A model generated the notes under the pieces. That model did not search any database and had not been told where the DNA came from. It saw only the letters and a list, made by a program, of their open reading frames with translations. The translations under genes and the position numbers were made by a program. Shown in pieces: positions 9,185 through 20,688 of a DNA stretch of 64,000 nt (within the stretch, counting starts at the first letter, position 1; each line of letters starts with the position of its first letter). The DNA is from an uncultured Candidatus Rokubacteria bacterium (GTDB lineage Bacteria; Methylomirabilota; Methylomirabilia; Rokubacteriales; CSP1-6): NCBI GenBank assembly GCA_963758635.1, contig CAVWWD010000008.1, positions 96,001-160,000 of the forward strand, written 5' to 3'.

Positions 9185-10411
9185 TCAGCTCCGTCCGGTG
9201 GGCACTTCGTCGAAGGCCACGTCCTTGTCCACCCGGATGTCCGCGGGCAGGCCGAGCACGCGCTCGGCCAGGATGTTGCGCAGGATCTCGTCGGTGCCGC
9301 CGGCGATGCGCGCGCCCGGCGCGGCGAGGAAGGCGTCCTGGAACGCCGCCCGCATGGGGGCCAGCGCGGGATCCGTGATCGTCCCGCCCATGTCGAGGAG
9401 GTCCATGCCGAACGCGGCGATCTCCTGGAGCTTCGACGCGCTGACGATCTTGCCGATCGAGGCCTCGGGGCCGGGCGTCTGCCCGCGGGAGAGCGCGGTC
9501 ATCGTCCGGAAGCGCGTGTAACGGAGCCCCTGCTGGCGGACGTACCAGTCGGCGAGGCGCTCGCGCACGGAGGCGTTGGCCATCGCGGGGCCGTCCTCCA
9601 GCGTGACGGCGCGGGCCAGCGCGAAGGCCTCGTCGAAGTCGGGCCCGGCCACGTCCCCGACGGCGAGGCGCTCGTTCATGAGCGTGGTGATCGACACGCC
9701 CCAGCCGTGGCCCACCGCGCCCAGGCGCTGCGTGTCGGGCACGCGCACGTCGGTGAAGTACACCTCGTTGAAGTTCGAGGCGCCCGACACCTGCTTGATG
9801 CGGCGCACCTCGATGCCCGGCGAGCGCATGTCGAGGAAGAAGAACGTCAGCCCCTTGTGCTTGGGCGCCTTCGGGTCGCTCCGGGTCACGATGATGCCCC
9901 AGTCCGAGAAGTGGGCGCCCGACGTCCAGATCTTCTGCCCGTTCAGGACCCACTCGTCGCCGTCCTTCACGGACCGCATGCGGAGCCCGGCGAGGTCGGA
10001 GCCGGCCGCGGGCTCGGAGAAGAGCTGGCACCAGATCTCCTCGCCCGACAGCGCCCTCGGGGCGAAGCGGCGCTTCTGGTCCTCGGTGGCGTAGGCCAGC
10101 ATGGTGGGGATGCACATGCCGAGGCCGATCTCGAAGTAGCCGCGCGGCGCCAGGAACCGCGACTCCTCCTGCTGGTAGATCACCTGCTGGATCGGCGAGG
10201 CGCCGCGGCCCCCGTACTCCACCGGCCACGAGAGCGCGGCGAAGCCGCCCGCCGCCTTGCGCGACTGGAAGTCCTTGGCGCGCGCGAGGCCGTCGGCCTC
10301 GCCGAAGCGCGCCTTCCACGTCTCGCCCGAAGCCGGCGCTCCGCGCTGCTCCGGCCAGGCTCGACCTCCGCGCGGAACGCCGCCGCGTCCGTCGGTGTCC
10401 TTGAAGTCCAT
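9185..10411 (-). CDS. Acyl-CoA dehydrogenase, catalytic-type subunit (PimC/FadE-like)
   Basis: WCQLFSEPAAGSDLA, NGQKIWTS, TLMNER, IAGGTDEILRN. Confidence 0.92.
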   Translation of the reverse strand: MDFKDTDGRGGVPRGGRAWPEQRGAPASGETWKARFGEADGLARAKDFQSRKAAGGFAALSWPVEYGGRGASPIQQVIYQQEESRFLAPRGYFEIGLGMCIPTMLAYATEDQKRRFAPRALSGEEIWCQLFSEPAAGSDLAGLRMRSVKDGDEWVLNGQKIWTSGAHFSDWGIIVTRSDPKAPKHKGLTFFFLDMRSPGIEVRRIKQVSGASNFNEVYFTDVRVPDTQRLGAVGHGWGVSITTLMNERLAVGDVAGPDFDEAFALARAVTLEDGPAMANASVRERLADWYVRQQGLRYTRFRTMTALSRGQTPGPEASIGKIVSASKLQEIAAFGMDLLDMGGTITDPALAPMRAAFQDAFLAAPGARIAGGTDEILRNILAERVLGLPADIRVDKDVAFDEVPTGRS

Positions 10412-10417
10412 CGGTGC

Positions 10418-10505
10418 CTGCCTCCCTTCCGGGGAGGCTGGTGAGGGTCGGCTGCGCAAGCTCCATGCCGTGGCCCCTCACTCACCCTCTTCCGGGGAGA
10501 GGGGA
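10418..10505. repeat. Degenerate REP-like inverted pair
   Basis: cctcccttccggggaggctggtgaggg ... cccctcactcaccctcttccggggagagggga resembles 3540-3664. Confidence 0.65.
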
Positions 10506-11621
10506 TCATGACGTGGTGCGCGCCTCGAGCCGGCGCATCAGCTCGTCCTTCCACCGCCGCGCGCTGCCCAGGGCCAGGGCCAGGAGCTTGGCGCGGCGGT
10601 AGTACATGTGGCAGTCGAACTCCCACGTGAAGCCCATGCCGCCGTGGGTCTGGATGTTCTCCTTCGCCGCGAAATAGAAGGCCTCGGTGGCGCTGACGCG
10701 CGCCGCGGCCGCCGCCACCGGCAGCTCGGGCGCCTCCGTGGACAGCGCCCACGCGCCGTAGAACGCGTTCGAGCGCGCCAGCTCGATGCCCACGTACATG
10801 TCCACGAGCTTGTGCTTGATCGCCTGGAACGACGCGATGGGCCGGCCGAAGGCGAAGCGCCCCAGCGCGTACTCCCGCGCCATGTCGAGCGCGGCCTGGG
10901 CGCCGCCCACCTGCTCGAAGGCGAGCAGCACGGCGGCGCGATCGAAGATGCGGCCGAGGAGCGGCCAGCCGTCGCCGGGCGCGCCCAGGGGCTCGGCCGG
11001 CGCGCTGTGGAACGCGATCCGCGCGTGCGACCGCGTGGGGTCCACGGTGGCCACGGGATCGCGCGTCACGCCGGGTCCGGCCAGGTCCACCAGGAACAGG
11101 GCGGGCGCGCGGTCGGGGCCGCGGGCGGCCACCACCGCGAAGCTGGCGACGTCCCCGTCCGCCACCGGGACCTTCGTCCCGGTGATCCGGCCCGCCTGGA
11201 CCGTCGTCTCGATCTCCTCGGGACGAGGCGCCCGCGGGCCCTCGGCGAGGGCCAGGCAGCCGATGGCCTCGCCCAGCGCGAGGCGGGGCAGGTGCCGCTG
11301 GCGCTGCTCGGCGTTGCCGGCGAGCAGGATCGCCTCGGTCGCGAGGTACACGGACGAGGAAAACGGCGTCGGCGCGAGGCTCCGGCCCAGCTCCTCGGCG
11401 ATCACGCACAGCTCGAGGTGGCCCAGCCCGGCGCCGCCGTGGCTCTCCGGGATGGCCGTGCCCATCCAGCCCATCTCGGCCATGCCCCGCCAGAGCTCGG
11501 CGTCGTACGGGGCGTCGGTCTCGAGGATGCGGCGCACGCGCGCCGGCGAGGCGTGCTCGCCGAGGAACTTCCGCGCCTGGTCGCGGAGGGCCTTCTGGTC
11601 CTCGGAGAAGTCGAAGTTCAT
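10506..11621 (-). CDS. Acyl-CoA dehydrogenase, partner subunit (PimD/FadE-like)
   Basis: MNFDFSEDQ start, FGRPIASFQAIKH, IQTHGGMGFTWE. Confidence 0.92.
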   Translation of the reverse strand: MNFDFSEDQKALRDQARKFLGEHASPARVRRILETDAPYDAELWRGMAEMGWMGTAIPESHGGAGLGHLELCVIAEELGRSLAPTPFSSSVYLATEAILLAGNAEQRQRHLPRLALGEAIGCLALAEGPRAPRPEEIETTVQAGRITGTKVPVADGDVASFAVVAARGPDRAPALFLVDLAGPGVTRDPVATVDPTRSHARIAFHSAPAEPLGAPGDGWPLLGRIFDRAAVLLAFEQVGGAQAALDMAREYALGRFAFGRPIASFQAIKHKLVDMYVGIELARSNAFYGAWALSTEAPELPVAAAAARVSATEAFYFAAKENIQTHGGMGFTWEFDCHMYYRRAKLLALALGSARRWKDELMRRLEARTTS

Positions 11622-12027
11622 CCGCGCCACCGCCGCCGCCCCCGCGACGGCGCACTCGTGGTCCTGCTCGCCGGTGCCGCCGCCGCAGCCCACGGCGCCG
11701 ATCACCCGCCCGCCGCGCGAGACCGGCACGCCGCCCGCGGTGGGCAGCGCCTCGCCCTGCAGGATGGTGGGCACCACGCTCCAGAAGCCGCCCTTGGCCA
11801 CCAGCTCGGCCGAGCTCGATGGTGGGCCGCCGGAACGCCGCCGCCGCCACCGCCTTCGCGCGCGAGGTCTCGGGCGTGAAGAACCCCGTGCCGTCGCCGC
11901 GCGCCGAGAGCACCAGCCGCCCCGCCTCGTCCACGACCGTGATCGTCATCGGCGAGCCGATGGCCTTGGCCTTGGCCTGCGCGGCCCGCAGCACCTTCTC
12001 CGCCAGCTCGAGCGTCATGTCGATCAT
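11618..12027 (-). CDS. GlcG/HbpS-family heme-binding protein (apparent frameshift)
   Basis: ITVVDEAGRLV..R.DG, SRAKAVAA, GGVPV...VIGAVGCGGGTGEQD. Confidence 0.85.
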
Positions 12028-12040
12028 CGGGTCCCCTTTT

Positions 12041-12133
12041 CCACGAAACGCAGATTTCGACTCTAGCGAGCGGGCCAACCTCGCGATTCCGCGGACACGC
12101 GGCGTGCCGTCTCCTCGTTCATTGTCGTCTCCT
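12041..12133 (-). repeat. Dispersed ~95-nt intergenic element, copy 2 (contains a 19-aa sORF, 12122-12063)
   Basis: Homologous to 4361-4461 and 38327-38417. Confidence 0.8.
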
Positions 12134-12930
12134 CAGCGGCCCTGGAAGGACGGCGGCCGCTTCTCGACGAAGGCGCGGATGCCCTCGCGCGCGTCTTCCG
12201 TCTCCGAGCACACGTTCTGGGCGAAGGTCTCGAACTCGAGCGCGGAGCGGAGGTCCACGCCCTCGCCGTGGTAGAGGGCGCGCTTGGCGAGCCGGATCGC
12301 GAGCGGGCGGGCCCGCCGCGATCTTCCCCGCCAGCTCGCGGGCGGCCGGCATCAGCTCCTCCGGCGGGTACACCGCGCTCACGATGCCGAGGCGCAGGGC
12401 CTCCGCGGCGTCGATCATCTCCCCGGTGAAGATCATCTCGGCGGCCTTGGCCATGCCGACGAGCCGCGGCAGGAAGTACGTCCCGCCCCAGTCCACGTGG
12501 AGCCCGCGCTTCACGAAGGTCTCGCCGAAGCGGGCGGTGGTGGAGGCGAGGCGGATGTCGCAGCCGAGGGCGAGGTTCATGCCCGCGCCCGCCGCCGCCC
12601 CGTTGACCGCGGCGATGACCGGCTGCGGCGCGTCCCGCATGGCCAGGAGCACGCGGTCGCGGGACGGCGCGATCTTCTCGATGACGCCACGCAGGCGCCG
12701 CGCTCCTTCGCGTCGTGCATGGCCTTCACGTCGCCGCCCGAGCAGAAGCCCTTGCCCGCGCCGGTGATCACGATGGCGCGCACGTCCGAGTCGCCGCTGG
12801 CGCGCAGGACGGCGTCGAGGAGGTCGTCGCGCAGCGTGTCGCCGAGCGCGTTGAGCCGCTCGGGGCGGTTCAGGGTGAGCGTGGCCACCGCGTCCTTCAC
12901 CTCGTAGAGCAGGCACTTGTAGGTGGTCAT
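12133..12930 (-). CDS. Enoyl-CoA hydratase/isomerase (apparent frameshifts)
   Basis: [41 protein letters not shown]. Confidence 0.9.
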
Positions 12931-12962
12931 GGTCGTCGCCTCTCGATGGATGAGCGTGTGGG

Positions 12963-14116
12963 TCAGGCGATGGCGCCGGCTCGCGCGGAGCGCCGCGATC
13001 TCGTCGCCGGCGCGAAGCCCCAGTCGGCGAGCGCGGCGTCGGTGTGCTCGCCGCGGCGCGCGGGCGGGCGCTGGATGGACGGCTTGCTGCGGCGAGAAGC
13101 GCGGCGCGGGCGCGGGCTGGACGCACGCCGTCGACCTCGACGAACGTGCTCGCGCGCCGCGTTGTGCGGATGGCGCGGCGCCTCCGCCATGCTGAGCACG
13201 GGCGCGAAGCAGACGTCGGAGCCCTCCATGACCGCGCACCACTCGTCGCGCGTCTTCTGCTGGAACACCTCGGTGAGGCGCGCGCGCAGCTCGGGCCAGC
13301 GCGCCTTGTCCCGCTGCGCGGGCAGGTCCTCGCCGCTCGAGCCCGGCGCGCGCAGCAGCTCGCCGTAGAACCGCTTCTCGATGGAGCCGATGGCGACGTG
13401 CTTGCCGTCCTTCGTCTCGTACACGTCGTACCAGGGCGAGCCGGAGTCGAGGATGTTCGTCGCCGCGCTCGTCCGTCCAGATGCCCATGGCGCGGCAGCC
13501 CGAACACCGCGGCGGCGAGCGACGCCGCGCCGTCGACCATGGCCGCGTCCACGACCTGACCCTGGCCCGAGCGGCCCGCCTCGAGCAGCGCGCACACGAT
13601 GCCGAACGCGAGGTACATGCCGCCGCCGCCGAAGTCGCCGACCAGGTTGAGCGGCGGCATGGGCGTCCGCCGCGCGCGGCCGATCGAGTGGAGCACGCCG
13701 GCCAGCGCGATGTAGTTGATGTCGTGCCCGGCGGCGTGGGCCATCGGGCCCGTCCTGGCCCCAGCCCGTCATGCGGCCGTACACGAGGCGGGGATTGCGC
13801 GCCAGGCACTCGTCGGGCCCGAGGCCGAGGCGCTCCATCACGCCGGGGCGGAAGCCCTCGATGAGCGCGTCGGCCTGCGCGATGAGCCGCTTGACCGCGG
13901 CCGACGCCGCCGGGCGTCTTGAGGTCGACCGCGACGGATCGGCGCCCGCGCTCGAGCACGGAGAAGCGCGGGTCGATGGCGAGCCCGAGGTCGGCGTCGC
14001 CGACGCGGTCGACCCGCAGCACCTCGGCGCCCATGTCCGACGAGCATCATGGCGCAGAAGGGCCCGGGGCCGATGCCCGCGACCTCGACGACCTTGATGC
14101 CCGCGAGCGGTCCCAT
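12963..14116 (-). CDS. CaiB/BaiF CoA-transferase / alpha-methylacyl-CoA racemase (apparent frameshifts)
   Basis: [38 protein letters not shown]. Confidence 0.9.
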
Positions 14117-14123
14117 GGCGGCG

Positions 14124-15306
14124 CTACTTGTCCGCGGTGCGGACGGCGGCCGGCCCGCCCTTCACCTTGATGCGCTGGCCGGTGTCGGACAGGGTGTCGC
14201 CGTTCAGGCGCAGCACCTGGAGCTCGTTCTCGACCATGTTGCCGACGAGGATGGTCCGGCCGTCGGTGGAGAAGGCCGCGCCCTGCGACCAGCGGCCGAT
14301 GGGCGCCTCGGCGAGCGCGCGAGAGCCGCGTGCCGTTGACGCGGAAGAGGACGAGCTTGCCGTTGCCCGCGAAGAACGGCGACTCCTTCGGCTTGTTGCT
14401 GCCGTTCATCGACCACCACCGCGCAGAGCTTGCCGTCCGGCGAGAGCTTGACGCCCTCCGGCGTCTGGCCCACCGTGATCGTGTCGACCACGCGCGGCGG
14501 CTGCGCCTTCATGTCGATCACGCTGATCGTGTCGGCGTCGCCGCCGCCGATGCCGATGTTGGCGACCACCGCCACCGCGCCGTCCGCGCTGATGTCGAGC
14601 CCGTAGGGCCGGAGGCCGGCGCGGATGTCGCGCTTCGCCAGCTCGACCTTGGTGTCGGCGATGGTGAGGAGCGGTGAGCGTGTGGTCGCCGTCGCGCGTG
14701 ACGAGGGCCGACTTGCCGTCGGGCGCGATGGCGACGTGGCTCACGCCGGACTTCTCGTCGGCGATCGTCACCTTGCCGAGGCTGGTGAGCGTCTTGCCCT
14801 GGATGCCGAAGACCGAGACCGTGCCCTCGGACCGGTTCGCGACCAGCGCCAGCGTGCCCTTGCGGTTGATGGACAGGCCGGCCGGCGACTTGCCCGTCTC
14901 CAGCGTCGGCGATGACCCGCGGCGGCGACGCCTTCAGGTCCACCACCGAGAGCCGGTTGTCCGGCACCATCTTCTTCGGGTCGGCAGGATCGACCTTCGT
15001 CGACGACGTGATGAGGGCCAGGCTCTCGTCGGGCGTGATGGCGACGCTGAGCGGCGGCCCCACCACGCTGCCCGGCACCTCGATCTCGGCCAGCACCTTG
15101 GGCGGGAACACGCCGAGATCGATGATCGTCGCGGTGTCGGGCGCCGGGTTGGCGGGCAGCGTGTTGACGCCGTTGACGAGCACCGCCTTGTTGTCGTTCG
15201 ACGATACCGCGATCTGCGCGTCGATGGGGCCAGCGAGCGCGAGCGCGGCGAGGAGCGCCGCGGGGACGAGGGACAAACGCCGCGAGGTGGTCGGATGAGG
15301 TGTCAT
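14124..15306 (-). CDS. Secreted YncE-like beta-propeller protein (apparent frameshifts)
   Basis: Signal peptide; repeated VAITPD, AIAPDG and LSPDG blades. Confidence 0.75.
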
Positions 15307-15448
15307 GGCTGTATCCTCCTGGAGGCCTCGTTGCGTCCGAAGAACCCGAGCCGGCGTGCTCTCGGCGAGGGGGACGCCCCGATGGTACACGAAGGCCCCC
15401 TGAGCGGGTAGCCTCATGAGATCGGGGGAGCCCCAAGAGGAGATGGAC

Positions 15449-16562
15449 ATGGTCATCGGCGTGCCGCGCGAGATCAAGCCGGGAGAGCAGCGCGTCGCCG
15501 CGACGCCGGCGGGCGTGCACGCGCTCGTGGAGGCCGGGCACCGGGTGCTCGTCGAGCGAGGAGCGGGCAGCGGCAGCGGCATCCGCGACGACGAGTACAC
15601 GAAGATCGGCGCGCAGCCTCGGGTCGGTCGACGAGGTCTGGTCGGCCGCCGACATGATCCTCAAGGTGAAGGAGCCGATCCCCGAGGAGTACCCGCGGTT
15701 CCGTCGCGGGCAGATCGTGTTCACGTACCTGCACCTCGCCGCGGTGCCGGAGCTGACCGCCGCGCTCCGGCGAGCCGAGGTCATCGCCGTCGCGTACGAG
15801 ACGGTGCAGCGGCCGGACGGCAGCCTCCCGCTCCTCACGCCGATGAGCGAGGTGGCCGGCCGCCTCGCCGTCCTCGAGGGCGCGCACCATCTGGGCCGGG
15901 CGTTCGGCGGCCGCGGCATCCTGCTCTCCGGCGTGTCCCGGCGTGCCGACGGGCAACGTGGTGATCATCGGCGGCGGCACGTGGGCGTCAACGCGGCGCG
16001 CATCGCCGTCGGCCTCGGGGCGGAGGTCACCCTGCTCGACGTCAACCTGGACCGGCTCCGGCACCTCGACGACATGTTCGGCGGCCGGATCGTGACGCTC
16101 GCGTCGAACGCGTTCAACATCGCGCTGGCCCTCCAGCGCGCCGACCTCCTGGTGGGCGCGGTGCTCGTGGCGGGCGTGCGGGCGCCGCGGCTCGTCACGC
16201 GCGCGATGGTGGAGCAGATGAAGGAGGGCGCGGTGATCGTGGACGTCGCGGTCGACCAGGGCGGCTGCATCGAGACGATCCGCCCCACGACGATCGCCGA
16301 GCCGACCTACCTGGTGGGCGGCGTGGTGCACTATGGCGTCGCCAACATGCCCGCGCTCGTGCCGCGCACCTCGACCTTCGCGCTCACGAACGCCACGCTG
16401 CCGTACGTGCTCGAGCTGGCGGGGAAGGGGCCGGTCGCGGTGGCGAAGGCGCGCGGACCGCTTGCCCGGGGCTTCAACGTGTGGCGCGGCCGGATCGTGC
16501 ACCCCGCCATCGCCGACTCCGTGGGCGAGCCCGTCACGCCGCTCGACGCGGTGGCGACCTGA
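15449..16562 (+). CDS. ald: Alanine dehydrogenase (apparent frameshifts)
   Basis: [26 protein letters not shown]-like, [23 protein letters not shown]. Confidence 0.93.
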
Positions 16563-16587
16563 TGATTTCGATGGAAAGGAGACGTCC

Positions 16588-17503
16588 ATGACCGGTAAAC
16601 CGGCCGTCAGCCTGGCCGCGGCGGCGGGCCGTCGCCAGGCCACCCTGGAGGTGGCGCAGCGCCTCGAGCGGCGAGGGTTCAGCGGGATCTACTGCCCGAG
16701 CTTCGGCGACGGGCTCGGCGCTGTGCGAGGCGCTGGCCTTCGCCACGCGCGAGATCCACTTCGGCACGAGCATCGTCAACATGTACGCCCGCCACCCGTG
16801 CGACTACGCGCAGACCGCCGCGTTCATCCACGAGGTCCGCGGCGGCCGCTTCCGCTTCGGCGTCGGCGTGAGCCACGGCCCCAACGCGGCGCGCTGCGGC
16901 GTGCAGGCGGGCAAGCCGCTCGCCGACATCCGGCGCTTCGTCGAGGAGCTGCGCGCGGGCGCGCCGCAGGCCGGCGAGCTGCCGCCGATCATGCTGGCCA
17001 CGCTGCGGCGCAAGATGGTGGCGCTGGCCGCGGAGATCGCGCAGGGCGCGGTGTGGGCCAACGCGGCGCGCTCGCACATGACGGCGTCGCTGCGCGCACC
17101 TGCCCGCGGACACGCGCGAACGACGCCGACGTTCTTCATCGGCAACATGATCCCCACCTGGTGGACGCCGATCACGCCGCCGGCGCCGCCGTGATCACCG
17201 CAAGACGCTGCGCGGCTACGTGCGGCTGCCCAACTACCAGCACTACTGGATCGAGGCGGGCTTCGAGGAGGAGATGCGCGCGATCCAGAAGGCCATCGCC
17301 GACGGAGCAGGACGACCGGATCCGCGGGCTGATGACCGACCGCTGGCTGCGACGAGGTGACGCTCTTCGGCAGCGCCGCCGAGGTCCGCGACGGCGTCGA
17401 GGCGTGGCGCGACGCCGGCGTGCGCACGCCGATCCTGGTGCCGTCCTCGACCCGCGGCGGCCAGATGGTCGCCCTCGAGGAGCTGATCCGCGCTTTCCAG
17501 TAG
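16588..17503 (+). CDS. LLM-class flavin-dependent oxidoreductase (apparent frameshifts)
   Basis: FGTSIVNMYARHP, GGRFRFGVGVSH, LATLRRKMVALA. Confidence 0.75.
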
Positions 17504-17536
17504 AGGACGATCGGGCGCCGCCCAGAGGAGACGACG

Positions 17537-18163
17537 ATGATCGACTACGGACGATTGACGATGCCGCTCGGCGAGGCGATCTTCACCCAGCGATCGCTCC
17601 GCCGCTTCTCGCCCGCGCCCATCCCCGTGGAGGACATCCGCCTGATGATGGAGGCGGCGGTGCGGGCGCCGAACGGCGGCAACATGCAGATCGCGCGCTT
17701 CCTGGTGCTGACGGACCGCGCGCGCATCCAGGAGTTCGGGCGCCTGTACCACGAGGCGTGGTGGGCCAAGCGCCGCGACCAGAAGGGATGGACCAAGCCC
17801 TCGGACATCCCGCCCGAGGAGAAGAGCTACCAGTCGGCCGCGGGCCTCGCCGACTCCATGAAGGACGTGCCGTGCGTGGTGCTGGCGTTCGCGATGCCGC
17901 CGGGCTCGGCCGACTCGGTGATCCCGGCGGTGCAGAACCTCATGCTCGCGGCGCGCGCGCTCGGCATCGGCTCCGTGCCCACGACGCTGCATCCGCAGGT
18001 GATGGACCGCTTCACCGCCATGTTCGGGATCCCGAAGGACGTGAGATTCCACTTCTGCGTGCCCCTCGGCTATCCGCTGGACAAGTTCGGCGGCAGCCGC
18101 CGGCGCCCGACGGCCGAGACGACGTATCTGGACCGGTGGGGAGGCTCGGTGCCCTGGTCGTGA
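17537..18163 (+). CDS. Nitroreductase family protein
   Basis: QRSLRRF, APNGGNMQ, QNLMLAARALGIGS. Confidence 0.9.
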   Translation: MIDYGRLTMPLGEAIFTQRSLRRFSPAPIPVEDIRLMMEAAVRAPNGGNMQIARFLVLTDRARIQEFGRLYHEAWWAKRRDQKGWTKPSDIPPEEKSYQSAAGLADSMKDVPCVVLAFAMPPGSADSVIPAVQNLMLAARALGIGSVPTTLHPQVMDRFTAMFGIPKDVRFHFCVPLGYPLDKFGGSRRRPTAETTYLDRWGGSVPWS

Positions 18164-18169
18164 CGCCGC

Positions 18170-18737
18170 ATGGCGGAGCTGCCGCGCGTCTATCTCCGCC
18201 CGCTACGCGCTCGTGACGCCGCCGAGCTGATCCGGCTGAACCGGGCGAGCCGGCGCCTGCACGGCCGCTACATGGCCGCGCCGCGCCACCCGTCCGAGTT
18301 CGCCGCCGCCCTTCGGCGCAGCCGGCGCGCGAACGTGGACGTGTCGCTGGTGTGCCGGCGGGAGGACGACGCGATCGCCGGCGTCGATCACGCTGAGCGA
18401 GATCGTCCACGGCAACCTCCGGAGCGCCTACATGGGCTACTACGTCGGGGCGCCGTTCTCCGGGCAGGGCTACATGACGGCGGGGCTCACCCTGGTGCTC
18501 CGTCACGCCTTCGGCGCGCTCCGCCTCCACCGCGTCGAGGCCAACATCCAGCCCGGCAACGAGCCGTCGATCCGCCTGGTCAAGCGCCTCGGGTTCACGC
18601 GCGAGGGCTTCTCGCGCCGCTACCTGCGGATCGCCGGCCGCTGGCGCGACCACGAGCGGTGGGCGATCCTCGCCGAGGACTGGCGCCGGGCGCGACGCGG
18701 CCGCGCGCGTCGTCCGCGTTCCCGGACGCGCCGGTGA
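18170..18737 (+). CDS. RimJ-like GNAT N-acetyltransferase, copy 1 (apparent frameshift)
   Basis: GYYVG..FSGQGYMT, LHRVEANIQPGN, WRDHERWA. Confidence 0.85.
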
Positions 18738-19300
18738 CGCGCGGGGGCACATCGCGCGGCGTCGTCGGCTCGGGCCGGCGGGTCGTCCTCCGGCGCCCTC
18801 GCGCCACGGACCGCGCCGAGCTGACCGGGCTCAACCGGGACAGCGTCCGCTTCCACGGCCACCGGCTCATCGCCCCTCCGCGCCGCGCCGCGGAGTTCGA
18901 CCGCTACCTCCGGCGAAGCCGCGCCGCCAACTACGTGGGCCTCCTGGTCTGCCGCCGCGAGGACGGCGCGATCGTCGGCACCGTGAACCTCTTCGACATC
19001 GCCCGCGGCCCGTTCCAGGCCGCCGGCATCGGCTACTACGTGGGTGCCCGCTTCGCCGGCCAGGGCTACATGACCGAGGCGCTCGCGCTCGCGCTGCGCC
19101 ACGCCTTCGTCACGCTCGGCCTGCACCGCGTCGAGGCCGCCATCCAGCCGGACAATCGCGCGTCGATCCGCCTGGTGCGTCGCGCGGGCTTCCACCGCGA
19201 GGGCCTGTCGCGCGGCTACATCAGGATGGGTGGCCGCTGGCGGGACCACGAGCGCTGGGCGCTCCTGCGCGAGGACTGGCGCCGCGGCCGCCGGCGCTGA
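18734..19300 (+). CDS. RimJ-like GNAT N-acetyltransferase, copy 2
   Basis: GYYVGARFAGQGYMT, LHRVEAAIQPDN, WRDHERWA. Confidence 0.85.
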   Translation: MTRGGTSRGVVGSGRRVVLRRPRATDRAELTGLNRDSVRFHGHRLIAPPRRAAEFDRYLRRSRAANYVGLLVCRREDGAIVGTVNLFDIARGPFQAAGIGYYVGARFAGQGYMTEALALALRHAFVTLGLHRVEAAIQPDNRASIRLVRRAGFHREGLSRGYIRMGGRWRDHERWALLREDWRRGRRR

Positions 19301-19309
19301 ACCACGGGC

Positions 19310-20688
19310 TCAGGCGGGCGGCGACAACGTTCGCCCGGGCGGAGCCGATTGGGGATGGAGCACGGCGAAGCGCATACAAAGGTCGAGCGGCTCCCCAACC
19401 AATTCGTGCACGTAGTTTGTGCGTCGAGTGGCAGGACATTCTCCTCGCTTCGAATGCGGAGCGCGCTCACCGGAAAGTCCGCAGAGCACCGGAGCCGGCG
19501 GCGGCAGGTCCGGGAGCCTTGGCCGTCGGGCGCCGAACCGAAGTTCGCCGTCCTTGCCACGCTCGAGCTGATAGCCCTCTCGTGGACCGCGCGGTGGTGG
19601 CGTCGGCATGACAGCGCAAGATTCGAGAGCGTGGTGGGACCGCCCTGCGCCCAGTGGCGGATGTGATGGCGGAGGATTTGGCGCCCACGGCAGCCCGGGA
19701 AGCGGCAGCGTGGTACCGCTGCTGGAGGGCGGCGAAGGGCAGGTGGGATCGTCCGGGTCCGCGCCCCGACCTCGGTGACGCGCCCGTCGGCGTGGTGCCG
19801 CATGACCAGGCGGGTGGCGTCGGAGGCCAGGCGAAGCGACGTTACGCGGGAACGTGATGGCCGCCTTCCTCGAGGACGGGCTAGCCTGGGCTGGGTGGCA
19901 TCGGTCAGCACCGGCGCTTCGAAGGGGACTCACGACCTGTAGCGCTCGCCGGGGCGCCAGGATCGAGGCCCTGGTGAAGGGAGACCTCGGCGAGGAGCCG
20001 AGCGCATCGGCCTGCTGCTGGGCCATTGACGGGGCCTCCATGGTCTCGTTCATGAACCCACGGCGGGTGTCGCAGCGCGCCGCCGCTGGTAGAGGGTCTC
20101 CCGGGCGGCGTCCAGCGCCTGGATGAGCAGCGCCCCGACCTCGGGCTCGAGCCGGCCCTTGAGGATGAGCATGCCGTCGTCCCCGGGGAAGAGGTAGAGG
20201 GACCGGCTGCGGTGCCGGTGTCGGGCTTCCTGGGCTTCGACGTGCTGGTCGATACGCCGCCAGCCGCGCACGATGCGCTCGACGTGCTCGGCGGTCCCGG
20301 CGCGGCCCACCCGGTAGAGGCGTTCTTCAGTCTCGGGGGTGGCGACGCGGGTGAGGGCGCGGACCTTGGAGTAGGAGAGCTCGCCGCGGGCGAGGGCCTG
20401 GGACAGGAGGGGGAGGGAGCCGAGGGCGCGCGCCACGCGGATGTGCTCGCGGGCGGCGCCGGGCTCGAGGCCGATGCGCCAGGAGAGCCACTCGGCGCAG
20501 GACTTGAAGCCGGTGTTCCAGCCGCCGCGCGCGTCGAACTCGCGGATCAGTCGAGGAGGCGCACGGTGGCCGGCATCGAGGAGCGCGGCGAGCTCGGCGA
20601 TCTCGTCGCCGAGCCGATCGAGCGAGGCAACGTGCGTGAGTAGGGATGAGGTGCGGTCGATCGAATCCGGTCCGCATGGCGAGTCCAT
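19310..20688 (-). pseudogene. DUF222 + HNH endonuclease (REP13E12-like), disrupted
   Basis: N-terminal LGDEIAELAA...GFKSCAEWLSWR...GELSYSKVRALTR; C-terminal CRFPGC...HHIRHWAQGGPTTLSNLALSCRRHH; many frameshifts and an in-frame stop. May be partly sequencing error. Confidence 0.75.

Noticed and set aside
7148..10444. 1098-aa + strand ORF (similarly 57941-60976 and 46178-47680)
   Set aside because: Antisense shadow of real minus-strand genes in high-GC DNA; no recognisable motifs beyond short real segments.
10506..11801. Apparent GlcG-ACAD fusion (similarly MntA-HepT, thiolase-DUF35, amidohydrolase-SDR and GNAT-GNAT fusions in the ORF track)
   Set aside because: Best explained by indel errors joining overlapping genes; the paralog at 28615 starts at MNFDFS.
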